Assembly: GCA_030264375.1 (NCBI GenBank)
Contig: JASCQW010000162.1
Location: forward strand, 107,920,965 to 107,984,964
DNA: 64,000 bases
Direction: 5' to 3'
Source of the DNA: Carcharhinus longimanus
Lineage: Eukaryota
In this document: positions 37,801-50,712 of the stretch, in pieces
Layout: every line of letters starts with the position of its first letter
How positions within the stretch are numbered: position 1 is the first letter of the stretch
The notes under the pieces: generated by a model
The model's input: the letters and a program-made list of their open reading frames with translations, nothing else
What the model was told of the DNA's origin: nothing
The model's database searches: none
Made by a program: the position numbers and the translations under genes

Positions 37801-39069
37801 CTCTTGATATGTCACCTGTAGAAGGTAATTAAGCTAATGTTGATTTGTTAAGTGTCACGGTTAGTATTCTTTAGTGGGGAATGAGAAAATCACTTGATGT
37901 TTCTCTACTTCCATTTCTCATCTACGCTGCTGCTTAAGCTGCGTTTTGCCGCACTTTGAAGTAATACTAAAAACAAATAATGTCTTTGCGAATGCCTCAC
38001 TGTGATTCTGAACAGATTCTGTGAATTCGCCCATTTGTTTGTCAGTTATAAAGTCATTAACCTTGGCAAGGTAGAAATATAAACAAAGCTAACTGGATCG
38101 TAAATTGGGCTTTGAATTTTTTGTTAACAGAATTTGAATACTGTGTTCATAACATAAATGCTGGACAAAATGAAGAGATTGTGACAGATAAACGACAACG
38201 AGGCTCATGAAAACATTGCCTCAGGCAGTGCATTTTTGTCGTTCTTTATGAGCTATCTCTGAATCAAAAAATGCTAAGTGTTATTAACCTTTGAACTGCA
38301 CTAACTGAGCAAAATAACCCAACAGAAAGACATAGTATTTCTTAGATTTTTAAATTGGTTTCCAGAAAGCAAGTATTCTATTATGCTTGTCATTGCCTAC
38401 TTAAAAATTTATAAAAAAAAGGGACTTTCAACAAAATGAGTCTATCTTGTCCCTTGTCAACACGGTAACATTTTGATGATCCTCCACAAAGCTCTTTCAC
38501 CAGATCCATCCATAATTAATTCTGTGTTATGTGAGTTCTTAAATGTGTTACAAATCCCTCCATTCAACCGGTGACCTTTTGAGGTGGAAGTAGTATTTAT
38601 TTTTCTGCCCTGAATGTTTTCCTTCATAAAAGGCCTATGGTTCAGATTGTATAAAAAGAATTGATAAGGAAAAAAATAGAAACCTGGCCAGCGTTTGTAC
38701 AACAAAGGTCTTTTCATTGATTTTTGGGTGAAAATAATCTTAGTGTATCAGTCTGAGTTTCTTTATGAGAAATTGAAGAACCCCATGTTCTACGATTTTA
38801 TTCCTTAAATTTGCTTCATACTAAATAGGCACAAAATGGATTTTTAAAAACATTTCAAAATATATTTTAACGTTTACAGATCCTGTCAACTTATTTGATT
38901 GTAACTAATTTGTCCCCCTTTATATTGGTAATTGGCCATGTAAACGTGTCGTGTTTAATTGCCTCTTCAGGCCAATGGAAACATTGCAGTGCCAGCAGTG
39001 GAGGCAAAGTACAATTACTGTGTTCCAGAGCTGCGTCGGCAGGGTGCACTATTCATGTGAGCACCTGCA

Positions 39070-40920
39070 CAGGAGGAGGACTCTCCCATGAAAGTTCCCA
39101 TCTTCAACAATGGGGTAGGCCTCAGCCTAAGTGTGCAACGAGCAATCCTGAAGCATTTGCAACCATCTTCAGCCAGAAGAGTAGTTGACCCATCTCAGCC
39201 TATTTCTGAGGACTCAACCATCACAGATGTCTACATTTCGAGTCAGGATGACCCCTCGTCTGACGAAGGGTCATCCTGGCTTGAAAGGTTGGTTCTGTTC
39301 TCTCTCCACAGATGCCGTCAGACCTGCTGAGATTTTCCAGTAATACAAAGAACAAAGAACAACCCAGCACGGGAAACAGGCCCTTCGGCCCAACAAGCCC
39401 ACGCCGCCACATCACCCTACNNNNNNNNNNNNNNNNNNNNNNNNNNNNNNNNNNNNNNNNNNNNNNNNNNNNNNNNNNNNNNNNNNNNNNNNNNNNNNNN
39501 NNNNNNNNNNNNNNNNNNNNNNNNNNNNNNNNNNNNNNNNNNNNNNNNNNNNNNNNNNNNNNNNNNNNNNNNNNNNNNNNNNNNNNNNNNNNNNNNNNNN
39601 NNNNNNNNNNNNNNNNNNNNNNNNNNNNNNNNNNNNNNNNNNNNNNNNNNNNNNNNNNNNNNNNNNNNNNNNNNNNNNNNNNNNNNNNNNNNNNNNNNNN
39701 NNNNNNNNNNNNNNNNNNNNNNNNNNNNNNNNNNNNNNNNNNNNNNNNNNNNNNNNNNNNNNNNNNNNNNNNNNNNNNNNNNNNNNNNNNNNNNNNNNNN
39801 NNNNNNNNNNNNNNNNNNNNNNNNNNNNNNNNNNNNNNNNNNNNNNNNNNNNNNNNNNNNNNNNNNNNNNNNNNNNNNNNNNNNNNNNNNNNNNNNNNNN
39901 NNNNNNNNNNNNNNNNNNNNNNNNNNNNNNNNNNNNNNNNNNNNNNNNNNNNNNNNNNNNACCCTATTCTTCCTGCACCTGTCCAAAATGCCCCTGCAAA
40001 TGCCCTCCTCCACTGACCTCAGGCTGTTGGGAGGCCTGTTTCTGTTTCAGATTCTAGCATCCACGGTATTTTGCTTTTATCACGGATATCTGTCTTCAAC
40101 CAATTTGATTCACCCTGTGATTTTAAGAAAGAGATAAGTGTGCAGGGAATAGAGCAAAGACTATGGACCCTGACAGCATCCCAAATGGAGTATTGGAAGA
40201 TATGTGTTCTAGAACTAACTGCACCCCTAGCCAAGCTGTCCCAGTAAAACTACTAAGACTGGCATCTACCTGACAAAGTAAGAAATTGCCCAGCAGGACC
40301 GTTCCATACTGTTCTGCCAGCCGACTCTGAACCATCGGAGACATAGTTATCAGTATTTACCTGTAACCTGCTCACCAACGTTCAGTTAGAGTTCCTCCAA
40401 GGCCACTGTGCTCCAAACTATGTTACTGTCTTGGCCCAAACATGGACAGAGGGGCTGAATTCCAGAAGTGTGAGGTGAGAATGACTGATTGTTCTTGACA
40501 TCAAAGTAGTGTTCCATCAAATTTGGAACCAAGGAGTCGGTGGGGATCAGGAGGAAAACTCTAAACGGGCTGGAGTCCAATCTAGCACACAGGAAGATGG
40601 TAGTGATCGTTGGAAGCAAAACATCATCTCCTCAGTCCCAGGTCGATGCTGCACGAGTTTCTCAGAACTGTGTCCGAGGCCTAGTCACCTTTGACTGCTT
40701 CATAATGAACTTTCTTCAACATCAGAGCTGAAGTGGGAATATTCCTTGGTAATTGCAGTTCCATTCACAATTTTGCAAATAATGAACAGCCTTGGATTCA
40801 CCACTAATCAGAAATTTAATTTGTCCAGCTACACAAATACTGTGGCTGCAAGCGCAGGTCAGAGGCTGGCTGTTTTGCGGCGAGTGACTCACTTCCTGAC
40901 TTACAAAAACTTGTCAACCC
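39070..40920 (+). mobile_element. CR1/L2-group LINE RT region with nested Penelope and CR1 insertions (39233-40078)
   Basis: VPIFNNG...EAFATIFSQK, KTMDPDSIP, ELTAPLAKL, VLDIKVVFHQIWNQG, AGQRLAVLRRVTHFL. Confidence 0.8.
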
Positions 40921-40985
40921 GCAGTAAAATTCTAATGAGTCGAATCCCCGGGGATCTATCCACAAATTAATGTTAAGTGGAAACT

Positions 40986-41307
40986 TCATAGAATCCTACA
41001 GTGCAGAAGGAGGCCATTCAGCCCATGAAGTCTGCACTGACCGCAATCCCACCAAGGCCCTATTCCCATAACCCCATGTATTTACCGTAGCTAATCCCCC
41101 TGACACCAAGGGGCAATTTTTTAGCATGGCCGATCCGCCTAACCTACATATCTTTGGACAGTGGGAGGAAACCGGAGCACCTGGAAGAAACCCAGGCAGA
41201 CACAGAGAATGTGCAAACTCTACAGATAATGACCCAAACCAGGAATTGAACCCCGGTCCCTGGAGCTGTGAGGCAGCAGTGCCACCCATTGTGCCACTGT
41301 GCCACCC
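40986..41307 (-). mobile_element. HE1-type V-SINE
   Basis: Full reverse copy from catagaatcctacagtgcagaaggaggcc to gtgccactgtgccaccc. Confidence 0.9.
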
Positions 41308-41639
41308 ATATGATGACCTAGGAAACCCTCATCCCAAATTAATGTATCAATGTCATCTATTAATGTGTCAAATGAAAACACAGTATTGCAGTAAAAGTAT
41401 GAAAAAGTTTTTATTTTAATTTGTTCACAGCTTACAATAGCTTGACCTTACAAAAGGTTAGAACTCTGCATTGAAAAATGTTGCAAGTTAGCTCCAGAAA
41501 AACTACTTACACATGCCTGATTCAGGTCACTGGATTGTCATTGCAGTCAAACGTGTTTTTTGGTATTTTCCTGCTGCAATGAAAAATCCTGAAGCACTTC
41601 TACGAATTTCTATGACCTTTCTGGAATCGGCTAAGGAAA

Positions 41640-42100
41640 CAAGTGGGTAGGTATTCATCGGAGTTCCCCAGCTGGGACTTTTGCTCTTCCTGATGCATAC
41701 TAATGATCCAGATCTTGGTGTGCAGGAACAATTTCAAAGTTTCCAGGCGATGCAAAACTTGGAAGCATTGTAAACTGAGAGCACAGCAGTGTCAAACTTC
41801 AAAAGGACGTCGACAAGCTGTGAAGTGGACAGATAGGTTTTGGTTGCCACACTTTAGGAAGGATGTGAACGTTTGGGAGAGAATGCAGAAGAGGTTTACA
41901 AAAATGGTTCCAGTGATGAGAAACTTCTGTTATGAAGATAATTTGGAGAAGTTGTGACTGTCCTTCTTGGATAGGAGAAGGCCAGGAAGAGATTTGATCG
42001 AAGCATTCAAAATCATGGGCAGAGTAGACGGGGAGAAACTGTTCCCACTTGTAAAAGAATCAAGAATAAGAAGGCACAGATTTAAAGTGATTTACGCAAG
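41640..42100 (+). mobile_element. CR1 LINE RT C-terminal fragment
   Basis: FWLPHFRKDVNVWERMQKRFTKMVP; RDLIEAFKIM. Confidence 0.85.
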
Positions 42101-43156
42101 NNNNNNNNNNNNNNNNNNNNNNNNNNNNNNNNNNNNNNNNNNNNNNNNNNNNNNNNNNNNNNNNNNNNNNNNNNNNNNNNNNNNNNNNNNNNNNNNNNNN
42201 NNNNNNNNNNNNNNNNNNNNNNNNNNNNNNNNNNNNNNNNNNNNNNNNNNNNNNNNNNNNNNNNNNNNNNNNNNNNNNNNNNNNNNNNNNNNNNNNNNNN
42301 NNNNNNNNNNNNNNNNNNNNNNNNNNNNNNNNNNNNNNNNNNNNNNNNNNNNNNNNNNNNNNNNNNNNNNNNNNNNNNNNNNNNNNNNNNNNNNNNNNNN
42401 NNNNNNNNNNNNNNNNNNNNNNNNNNNNNNNNNNNNNNNNNNNNNNNNNNNNNNNNNNNNNNNNNNNNNNNNNNNNNNNNNNNNNNNNNNNNNNNNNNNN
42501 NNNNNNNNNNNNNNNNNNNNNNNNNNNNNNNNNNNNNNNNNNNNNNNNNNNNNNNNNNNNNNNNNNNNNNNNNNNNNACTGTTGCAACCTGTTTGAACCC
42601 AGCCTGTTAAAGCACTTGGCAATTGTGGCTTCTGTCACCATCTTCCATGTCGCCATCATCATGAACATGACCTCCAGGGCAGTTGGATTGTACTTCTTTT
42701 CAAAGGCCTTGAAAACCTGGGAAAATGCCTGCTTGTTGAACTGTTCAAAATAGTAGACAGAATTGATTGGGAATCTCCCACTCCCTCACGATGTCTGCTT
42801 TCTACGACAATTTTCCATTTGCTGTATGAACTTCACTTCTCTCCAATCGACAACACTTTAAATTTTGTTTCAAGTCTAACCATACTCACAGGTTTTTTAT
42901 GCTCTTTGACAGCGAGATCTTGATGTCAAATGGTGGCTTGCCCTGCACTCTGATTTTGTGATTGTGCGGCCTAACTCTGCTCTGGTCAAGGTTAGGTCAA
43001 TGACAAGATTAGACAAGTTTGGCTCCTCCAGAGCTAGCCAGTGCAAATTTCCGCTTATCCTGGGCATCCTTCCAAGGGATTTGCTACACTTGTCAGCAAG
43101 AATAGTTGATGACTTTGATACAATGGGAATTCTCTCATCTGAGTTTGACATTGCGA

Positions 43157-44075
43157 TCTCACCACATTTATAAGGCACAAGTCAAGCGAATGATGGAATA
43201 CTCTCCACTTGCCTGGATGAGTGCAGTCCCCATAACATGCAAGAAACTCAACGCCATCCAGTACACAACAAACCGCTTGATCGGAACCACTATCCATCAT
43301 CTTAAACATTCAGTGCCTCCACCACTAGCACAATGTGACTGCAGCATGTATCATCTGCAAGGAGCGCTGCGGCATCTTGCTAAGATACATTCCATAACAC
43401 CTCCCAAAATCAAAATATAATACTGTAGATGCTGGAATTCAAAACAAAAACAAAAAATGCTGCAAAAACTTAGTAGGTCTGGCAACATTTGTGGAGATAG
43501 AAAATAGAATCAATGCCTTGAGTACATATGAGTCTACATCAGAGCTAAAGTGAGGGAGAAATGTGATGGATTACATGCTGCGTAAGAAGGGTGGAGCAGC
43601 TGGAACAGAATAGAAGATCAGTAGTAGGTGGGAGTTAGCAGAGATTGCAACAAAGATGTGTAGGTCACGAGTCAGGAAGCATTAATGACAGGAGAAGATG
43701 CTAGTAATGGCTTAAAGATATCAGAATGTGTTAATGGGAGAATAAAGATGAGTGCTCGGTGAAATCTTAACAAGCGACCTCCCAAAATCATTAATCTCTA
43801 CCTCCCTAGAAGCACAACGACAGCAGGGTGTATGGAAATGCTGCCACATAAACCTTCCTTTCCAAGCCGCACACCATCCTGACTCAGTCCTCTATTGTCC
43901 CGAGTTCAGAACTCTATTTTATCTTCTTTCATTCCACTGTGGGAAAACTTACACCCCATGGACTGCAGCAGTTCGACAAGGCAGCTCATCACCTTCGCCA
44001 GGGCAACTAGGGATGAGCAATAAATGCTGTCTCTGTTGGTGACACTTGCATCCCATGAACAAATACAAAGAATGA
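43157..44075 (+). mobile_element. 3' end of the CR1/L2-group LINE, interrupted by a reverse Penelope terminal fragment (~43410-43770)
   Basis: IYKAQVKRMMEYSPLAWMSA picks up where 40920 stops. Tail gggcaactagggatgagcaataaatgctg...catcccatgaac. Confidence 0.8.
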
Positions 44076-45658
44076 ATTTGTAGTACATTAATGGATCTTG
44101 TATTTGGGTGTAGATCCTATCTGTGTTTCATGGTTTCCTGTTGTAATGTTTCTGTCACACTATTTGTGTCAACTTCTACCTTTCATAAATTCACCTTTCA
44201 TAAACTTGTTAGTATGCAGTTTGGTGGTTTGAATTCCCACAATTCTGTTTCTTTTTCACCCATTGAATGTTATTCTCCTCAACAGCTGAAATTTCTAATA
44301 TCTGAAGAAGTTGTTTGCTTCTTCATAACATGTTTAACTTCATCCATTAAATCATCTGTTGTGCTTTATCAGGCTTTCAGTATGGTTACTATTCATTCTT
44401 CAGTATCTGTAAAAAGTAATGATTGAGTTGATAAAACTTGAAAGTTGTCAGTGAATTTGCTATGTTGTCTGAGCATGCTTGGGGCCCCAGTTTCGCTAGG
44501 TGCATTGGTCTGGTTCAATCACTTAGAGTGGGGATTTTCTTTTGCTGGAGATTCTTGCCTTTTCCCAAGATCTCAGTTTTTGCAAGAAAAACGACAGGTA
44601 AAATTCCCATTGTCGACGAGGGGGAAACGAGTGTTCCGATTGCACACCTGCTGCAGCCCAGTAGGTCAATTTGGAGACCGCTGAAGTATTTGAAATAAGC
44701 AATCGTGCTCAGCCACAAGCTCCTACTAACAGCAGGGAGTTCAATAAGTTGGCTTTTGACTGATTGACCAGTAAATGCTGAGAAGTTCTTGTTTCTCCCC
44801 ATCCCTCCCTCGCTTAATCTTAATTTTATTGTTTTGTTTTCACTCTGACATATCTTCTGCTTATTTTGGTTGGTGGTAACTGCCTTTGAAAATTGATCTG
44901 AAGCTTTCTCCTTGCGTATTTTGAAAGTCTAGGTTTTCCGCCCTGATCATTTTAATAGGCAGGAACACAATGTCAAGAAGGCAAAAAACCTTCGTGTGTT
45001 TTCTTTCTCTTTCTGTGGTTATTTGTGTTGCTTTTGTTTGGGTGTGTTCCTGCTTTGACAATAGTACTGCCGCAACATAGTCTCTGCTGCATAGCAATAC
45101 TAAAATTTCAATCTAAATTCAGGGCTTGGTCTTGACCTGACACTGCAGGGGGATTTCAGAGAAGGTGGGTTTGAAACTGCAAGGATTATAACAATGAATG
45201 CATATATTTTGTTCATGTTCAGTCCCACTGATATGCAGTGACTAATTAAGTCAAATTCCATTTTCATTAAATGGCCTTCTGAAATTTTTTTTTAACTGGT
45301 CCTTTGAGGATTGAATTCCACAGCATTTCCCATTATTCTGTGAAAGCCATAATTACTAGCTTTTATTTATAAAATGGAACAGTTTTCTTGACGAGGAAGT
45401 AGCTTTGATGGATAAATGTGGGATGTGGGCCATTTGTTTTTCCGAGTGGAGCAAACAAGGAAAACAGAGGTGCAAGCATTTTAAGTTTAGCAGCAGAGTT
45501 GGGAAGAGCGAAACTAAGCAAGCATTAGAAACCAGAAACTTTAGATCCTATAAACTGGCATACCTGAGTTAAAAGGCACAAAAGCTGGACACTAATGACA
45601 CCAAGGGATAGTGGGAAAAATGGCAAAAGAGATACATGATCAGCCACGATCTGATTGA

Positions 45659-45905
45659 CGGTAGTGCTGTGCTATTACAGGTAGTGCTTTGGAGAAGAAC
45701 ATACAGCGAAAATAATGGATTCCTTTCTCCAAGCCCAATGTTCTAATTCCAAGCCTGAATGATCTTTCCCTACACTCTAGCCAGGACTGTAACACTATAT
45801 TTTGCACTCTCTCCTTTCCTTCTGAATGTACAATATACTTTGTGTGTATAGCACATGAGCAATAATGCTTTTCACTGTATAGTAACACATGTGACCAATC
45901 AAATC
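45659..45905 (+). mobile_element. Composite short element with Rex1-type tail (copy 1)
   Basis: About 100 bp of unrecognised head plus the gatctttccctacac...catgtgaccaatcaaa tail, inserted in a CR1 3' UTR. Confidence 0.7.
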
Positions 45906-47053
45906 GATTGAATGAATGAACAGGCTTGATGGGCCGAATGGCTTACTCCTGCTCTCTGTTCCTAAAACACGTTCAGTTATTTAATGCATCATTTGTGAAT
46001 TCCAGTTTCTGGGAATAAAATGACAGTCAGAATTGTTTGAAAATACTATTTTGAGAGAGTTGGATTGTATATCAAAAACCAGAATGGTGCAAGTTGACAA
46101 AGCAAAATTGAATGGTAAACATTAATGCATCAATTAAAAAGGATAAAGTTAACACATGTATAACCAAAACATTTAACAGAAAGTAAAGTTTGAGGGGACA
46201 AGTGTACATTCTGTGCAAGATTTTTAATAAGATACAGGTTTTAATATATTACTGTAAATGGTCCCATGAATTTGGAGATAATGCAGAAGCTCTTTTTACA
46301 GTCTAAATATTTACATTTAACAACCAAATTGAATAAATACGGTTCCAACCAGGTACTATGGACTGAATACTGCCTGACTGTGATTTCAGCCTCCTAACAA
46401 CGCCATGTGTTTACTACAGCTTTTCTATTCACTTGTATTACTGTCTGTCATCTAGACTGTAAAACAAGTAGTTTGCACCATCATTCTTTTTCAGGGGTTG
46501 AGAACATCATTGGCAAGGCCAGCATTTGTTCCTCAGAATTTAGTCTGAGTGAGTGTAACGCGTATACATATGTTTCGATCAAGTGTCTTGGAAATGCCTT
46601 GCTGATGCTTTGCAACGGAAATAGGACCAGTGTTGTAATTTTTGCATGAGCAAAAAATACACTCTTCAAATCCAGTTACTTGATGTGAGTAATTTCAAAG
46701 CAGAGTCTTTCAGTTTAAAGAATAGGGTTAATGTTATTGTTTTGCTCGCTAACACAAACTTGAGATCTTTTGACCACTTGAAATACTTAAACAAGTTGCA
46801 GTCAAATGCAATCAGTGGAGACTTCTTCAAAACCTCCACATTTGGTGCCTTTGTATCATGAGGCCACCAGTATTGTCTGTGGATTGCTATGTTCCTGTGG
46901 GCCCACTTATAAATTCATTGACTTTGCTGTAGGAACAAAATATTGCAAATGCTGTACTTGATTTTTTTACTTCATGTTCAGCATGTTTGTTTAAGTGTTA
47001 TTGACTATATGGATTTTAATGTCATGTAATGGTGTTCTTGTTTTCAATTACAG

Positions 47054-47221
47054 ATTGACCAGTTAAAACAGGACCTGTCCAAGAAGGAATCTGAACTCCT
47101 TGCCTTACAAACCAAGCTTGAAACGTTGAACAATCAAAATTCTGATTGTAAACAACACATTGAGGTTCTCAAAGAATCACTCACTGCCAAAGAACAGAGA
47201 GCTGCCATACTTCAAACAGAG
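47054..47221 (+). CDS. ERC2: ERC2 internal coding exon (168 nt, phase 0/0)
   Basis: Acceptor ttcttgttttcaattacag| and donor GAG|gtaagc. Translates IDQLKQDLSKKESELLALQTKLETLNNQNSDCKQHIEVLKESLTAKEQRAAILQTE, an ERC2-type coiled coil. Confidence 0.95.
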
Positions 47222-48171
47222 GTAAGCTAAGGACACACACTGTTGATAGGTGAATTTGAAATAAAACTGTAATCAATGACTTTTATATGCAGTTAATCTC
47301 CATTAGAGTTGCATTGGGGAATCAAGGCCAACTGGCGTCCTTGGGAGCAGTAGAGTTATATAAATACTTTCCATCACACATAGATATAAGAATTTTTAAT
47401 GGAAAAAGCTGATGGTAAATGTGCATTTTTGCAAGATTTCTAATGTTGTAAATATTTGGGTATTCTGCTATTGGTGCACTGTCTGAAATGATTGGGTATT
47501 CACCAAATGATATGTTATAATGGGGAAGATGTGAAGAGAAGGTGACCTTTCAAATCTTTCAAAGTAAGAAGAACTGTGGACACTTAGGTAGTGATGAAGT
47601 CGACCTCTAGGAAATTTCCAAGACTTAATTTTCCAGAGCCTTTTAATACTGATGAGAAAGCTGCTTCAGTCATTTTAAGCTATTATGTTGCATGAATCAC
47701 TTCATTATCTGCTTAGCAAATTTAAACTTTTTATTAAGTGGCACTCTTACAGGACTCCCAATTACTGTTAGAAGGAAATTTTGGCATGCAAAGAGTTTGT
47801 GGTCAATCCTCAGTTAACTTTCCTGAGAGTTGGTGTATTTCAGTGAACTTTCCAATTAATAATGAGGTACAGAGGATGAACCTACAGTTCCACACGTCAT
47901 CTCTTCTAAATTGTGAGGGCAGTTGACCAACAGGATGGCATACCTGAGATTTTCTGATGGACAGCAGTCAAACAGAAAATGGGGAGATTAACTCTTTTCT
48001 TGATCTAACCTTTATGCTTACGAAAAGCCAGTGGACACCTGTGGGGACAACATAAGTAATATTCTTTGCAATCACTTTGTAGTATATTGGCAGATTGATG
48101 ACAATTTAAAAAGATGTGGTGGCTGCAGTTTGCACCACTTCACAGCAACACATGATTGACAAAACTGTAGT

Positions 48172-48470
48172 TTTAAGTTTATTTATGAGTGCCACAAGTA
48201 GGCTTACATTAACACTGCAATGAAGTTACTGTGAAATTCCCCCATTCGCCACACTTTGGCATCTGTTTGGGCGCACTGAGGGAGAATTTAGCACGGCCAA
48301 GCCACCTAACCAGCACGTCTTTCGTGGGAGGAAACTGGAGCCCCTGGAGGAAACCCTTGTAGACATGGGAGAATGTGCAATCCCTGCACGGACAGTGACC
48401 CAAGCTGGGAATCAAATCGCCTGGTGCTGTGAGGCAGCAATGAAGGCTAACCACTGTGCCACCATGCCGC
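48172..48470 (-). mobile_element. V-SINE with HE1-like head and alternative 3' tail
   Basis: Same structure as 33060-33369. Confidence 0.85.
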
Positions 48471-49149
48471 TGCTAAAGATGTGTAACACTGTAAAGGTAC
48501 AGAACTGAGAGCATTGTTAAAGCTACTTATTTTAATTTGGAGTGAATACTTGAGGTGGGTATCACTTTATCCCCTCCTATTATAGTAATTTTACCATAAT
48601 GGGGAAAAATGTAAGAATCCCTCCCTCTGACATTTACATTATGTTGCCTTTTTAGAGGCCGTGTATCATACCTGTTACTTGATTGAGAGACACTACCAAT
48701 ACAAATACATTCTGACAAGCGGTTGAATGTACCTGGATAACTCGGCCAAATCTCCCCTCTTCAGTGAGATGAGACCCCTTTGTGTTTCTTATAAAATGCT
48801 AACTGAGAACTTGCGATGTGGAATTGGGATGCACATATTTTTAATAAATGCAAAATTGAAACTTTTTTAAAGATGTTAAATGTGATGTTGACTATGTATT
48901 TTAATATAACCTGTTCCACCTGTTATGGTATACCATATTAGCTATGTTTTTGGAGTTGAACACCAGTACTTGTGTGTTTTTTTTAGTGCTTATTTTCCTG
49001 CCTCTTCCTCTTCTCTATACCATTTTTTGAGTTTTTGCTGATGAGAGCTGGGCAGAGCTAAGAGCTATTAATCAATGTAAAAAAAACCAGGCTTATTTAC
49101 ACACATGAGAATCAGAAAGATCGTCTGAGTAAGGAGTGAATCCATAGAT

Positions 49150-50314
49150 CAGTAGTTCCCAGCCTTTTCAGTAACACTGCACACTTCAATGAGACAAACA
49201 CCCACTTGTTTCAACTTGATTAATTGTTCCTAAACACCGCATTTACTCACATTCACTATGGTTACAGTCTTACTAGACTAAAGTACAGGCCCAGTTCATC
49301 CAACCTCTTTTTATAAAACAGTCCCACCGTTCCTGGTACAAGCCTGGTGAGCCTTTGTTGCACTCCCTCTTAATCAATAATATTCTTCCTGAGGTAAGGA
49401 GACCAAAACTGCGCACAGTATTCCAGGTGTGGTCTAACCAAGCTCCTATAAATAACACAAGTCCTTGCTACTGCTGTGCTCAAATCCTCTTGTAATAAAG
49501 GCTAATATTTCATTATCCTTTCTAATAGCATGCCACATGGTGTCTGCCAACATCATGGTGCTGTCTGTGCCATGCCCATGAATGATATTCCAAAGATTTT
49601 CTTTTCACTCTAGCTGTAAGCCAAAGTATCAGGGCCCTCTCTGGTTTGATAACACTGATGGCAGTTCTCAACATTCCTTATGCTACATGCACTTGGTCTT
49701 TTGCAATGAAAGACTCTTGCAAGGCCCGTTCCAATGTGGAGTCGTTGGCCCAGATAGTCCTTCCACCATTTCCATGCCACAACAACTACATTTGAAAAAA
49801 GAGCCTTGTGGACCCGTGCCTCCCTCTCTGGCAGTGATATCTCCCCTGTTTTCCCCCTCTACCATCTGTTCAATAGAATCTCCCTCCAACATCCCAACTT
49901 CCCTGTTGCTCGTGGTGGTATCTCCCAGTACCCCCCATCTCCCCTGGTTCAATAGTTGTTTTCAGATCCTTCAAACTAAGACAGTGGCAGCAAGTTCGGC
50001 TGTTGCGAATGGCAGTAACCAGCTACAGTTGTATCCTTTCACCAACACCTGCACTACTAACTGGAGTTAGTGAATTGAGTTCCGGGGTGGTGGGGGGAAT
50101 GGGGGAAAAAGAGATTATGAGCGCCAAGCATTGAGCTTGTAAGCCAGCATGCATTCCCGATAAGCCTGCAGCATGGTGGGAGTTGGATGCCTGATTTGGT
50201 CCTGGGCGTGCCCATTGAACCTTGGCATTCAAGTATTGCTCCCACCACAACGTTCCCGTAGCAGGCTGTGGCACAGTTGCCCGGTTCTCGCGACACACTA
50301 ATTGAAAATCATTG
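49150..50314. mobile_element. hAT/Charlie-like DNA transposon remnant with nested CR1 (~49265-49535, minus)
   Basis: Ends cagtagttcccagcc and ttgaaaatcattg. The 8-bp flanks ccatagat / tcataggt match at 6 of 8 positions and resemble NTCTAGAN. Confidence 0.6.
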
Positions 50315-50413
50315 TCATAGGTAACCAAGGTGATATTTTGATAGCAGAAAGTGAAAGAATGACCAGTATGCTTAACAAATATTTGCCACTGTATTTATGA
50401 TGGAGGAATAGAT

Positions 50414-50712
50414 GGGACAGCACGGTGGCACAGTGGTTAGTATTGCTGCCTTGCAGCACTAGGTTCAGTTCCGGCCTAGGGTAACTGTGTGGAATTTGCA
50501 CATTCTCCCCGTGCCCTCCGGGTGCTCTGGTTTCCTCTCTCAGTCCAAAGATATGCGGGTTAGCTGGATTGGCCATGCTACATTGCCCCTTAGTATCAGG
50601 GGCACTAGCTAGAATAAATGCATGAGGATAGGGCCTGGGTATGATTGTGGTCAGTGCAGACTCGATGGGCCGAATGGCCTCCTTCTTCTGCACTTTAGGA
50701 TTCTATGATTCT
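50414..50712 (+). mobile_element. HE1-type V-SINE
   Basis: cacggtggcacagtggttag head through tgcactttaggattctatgattct tail. Confidence 0.9.

Larger units (their letters stand above)
40923..43155 (-). mobile_element. Possible Tigger/pogo DNA transposon remnant with nested SINE and CR1
   Basis: cagtaaaattctaatgagtcgaa TIR-like end. Reverse frame LEVMFMMMATWKMVTEATIAKCFNRLG resembles the pogo DDE C-terminal AW..V...TI..CF.K.G motif. The block splits one LINE copy. Confidence 0.45.

Noticed and set aside
38971-39045. Cryptic exon after gcctcttcag (ANGNIAVPAVEAK...)
   Set aside because: Weak donor in phase 1, which would break the ERC2 frame, and it abuts a LINE fragment.
39312-42668. Long ORFs made mostly of X
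   Set aside because: Artefacts of N runs.
22377-44075. All fragments of the CR1/L2-group LINE as one 22-kb-spanning copy
   Set aside because: A conserved ERC2 exon lies between the APE and RT pieces, so they must be separate insertions.
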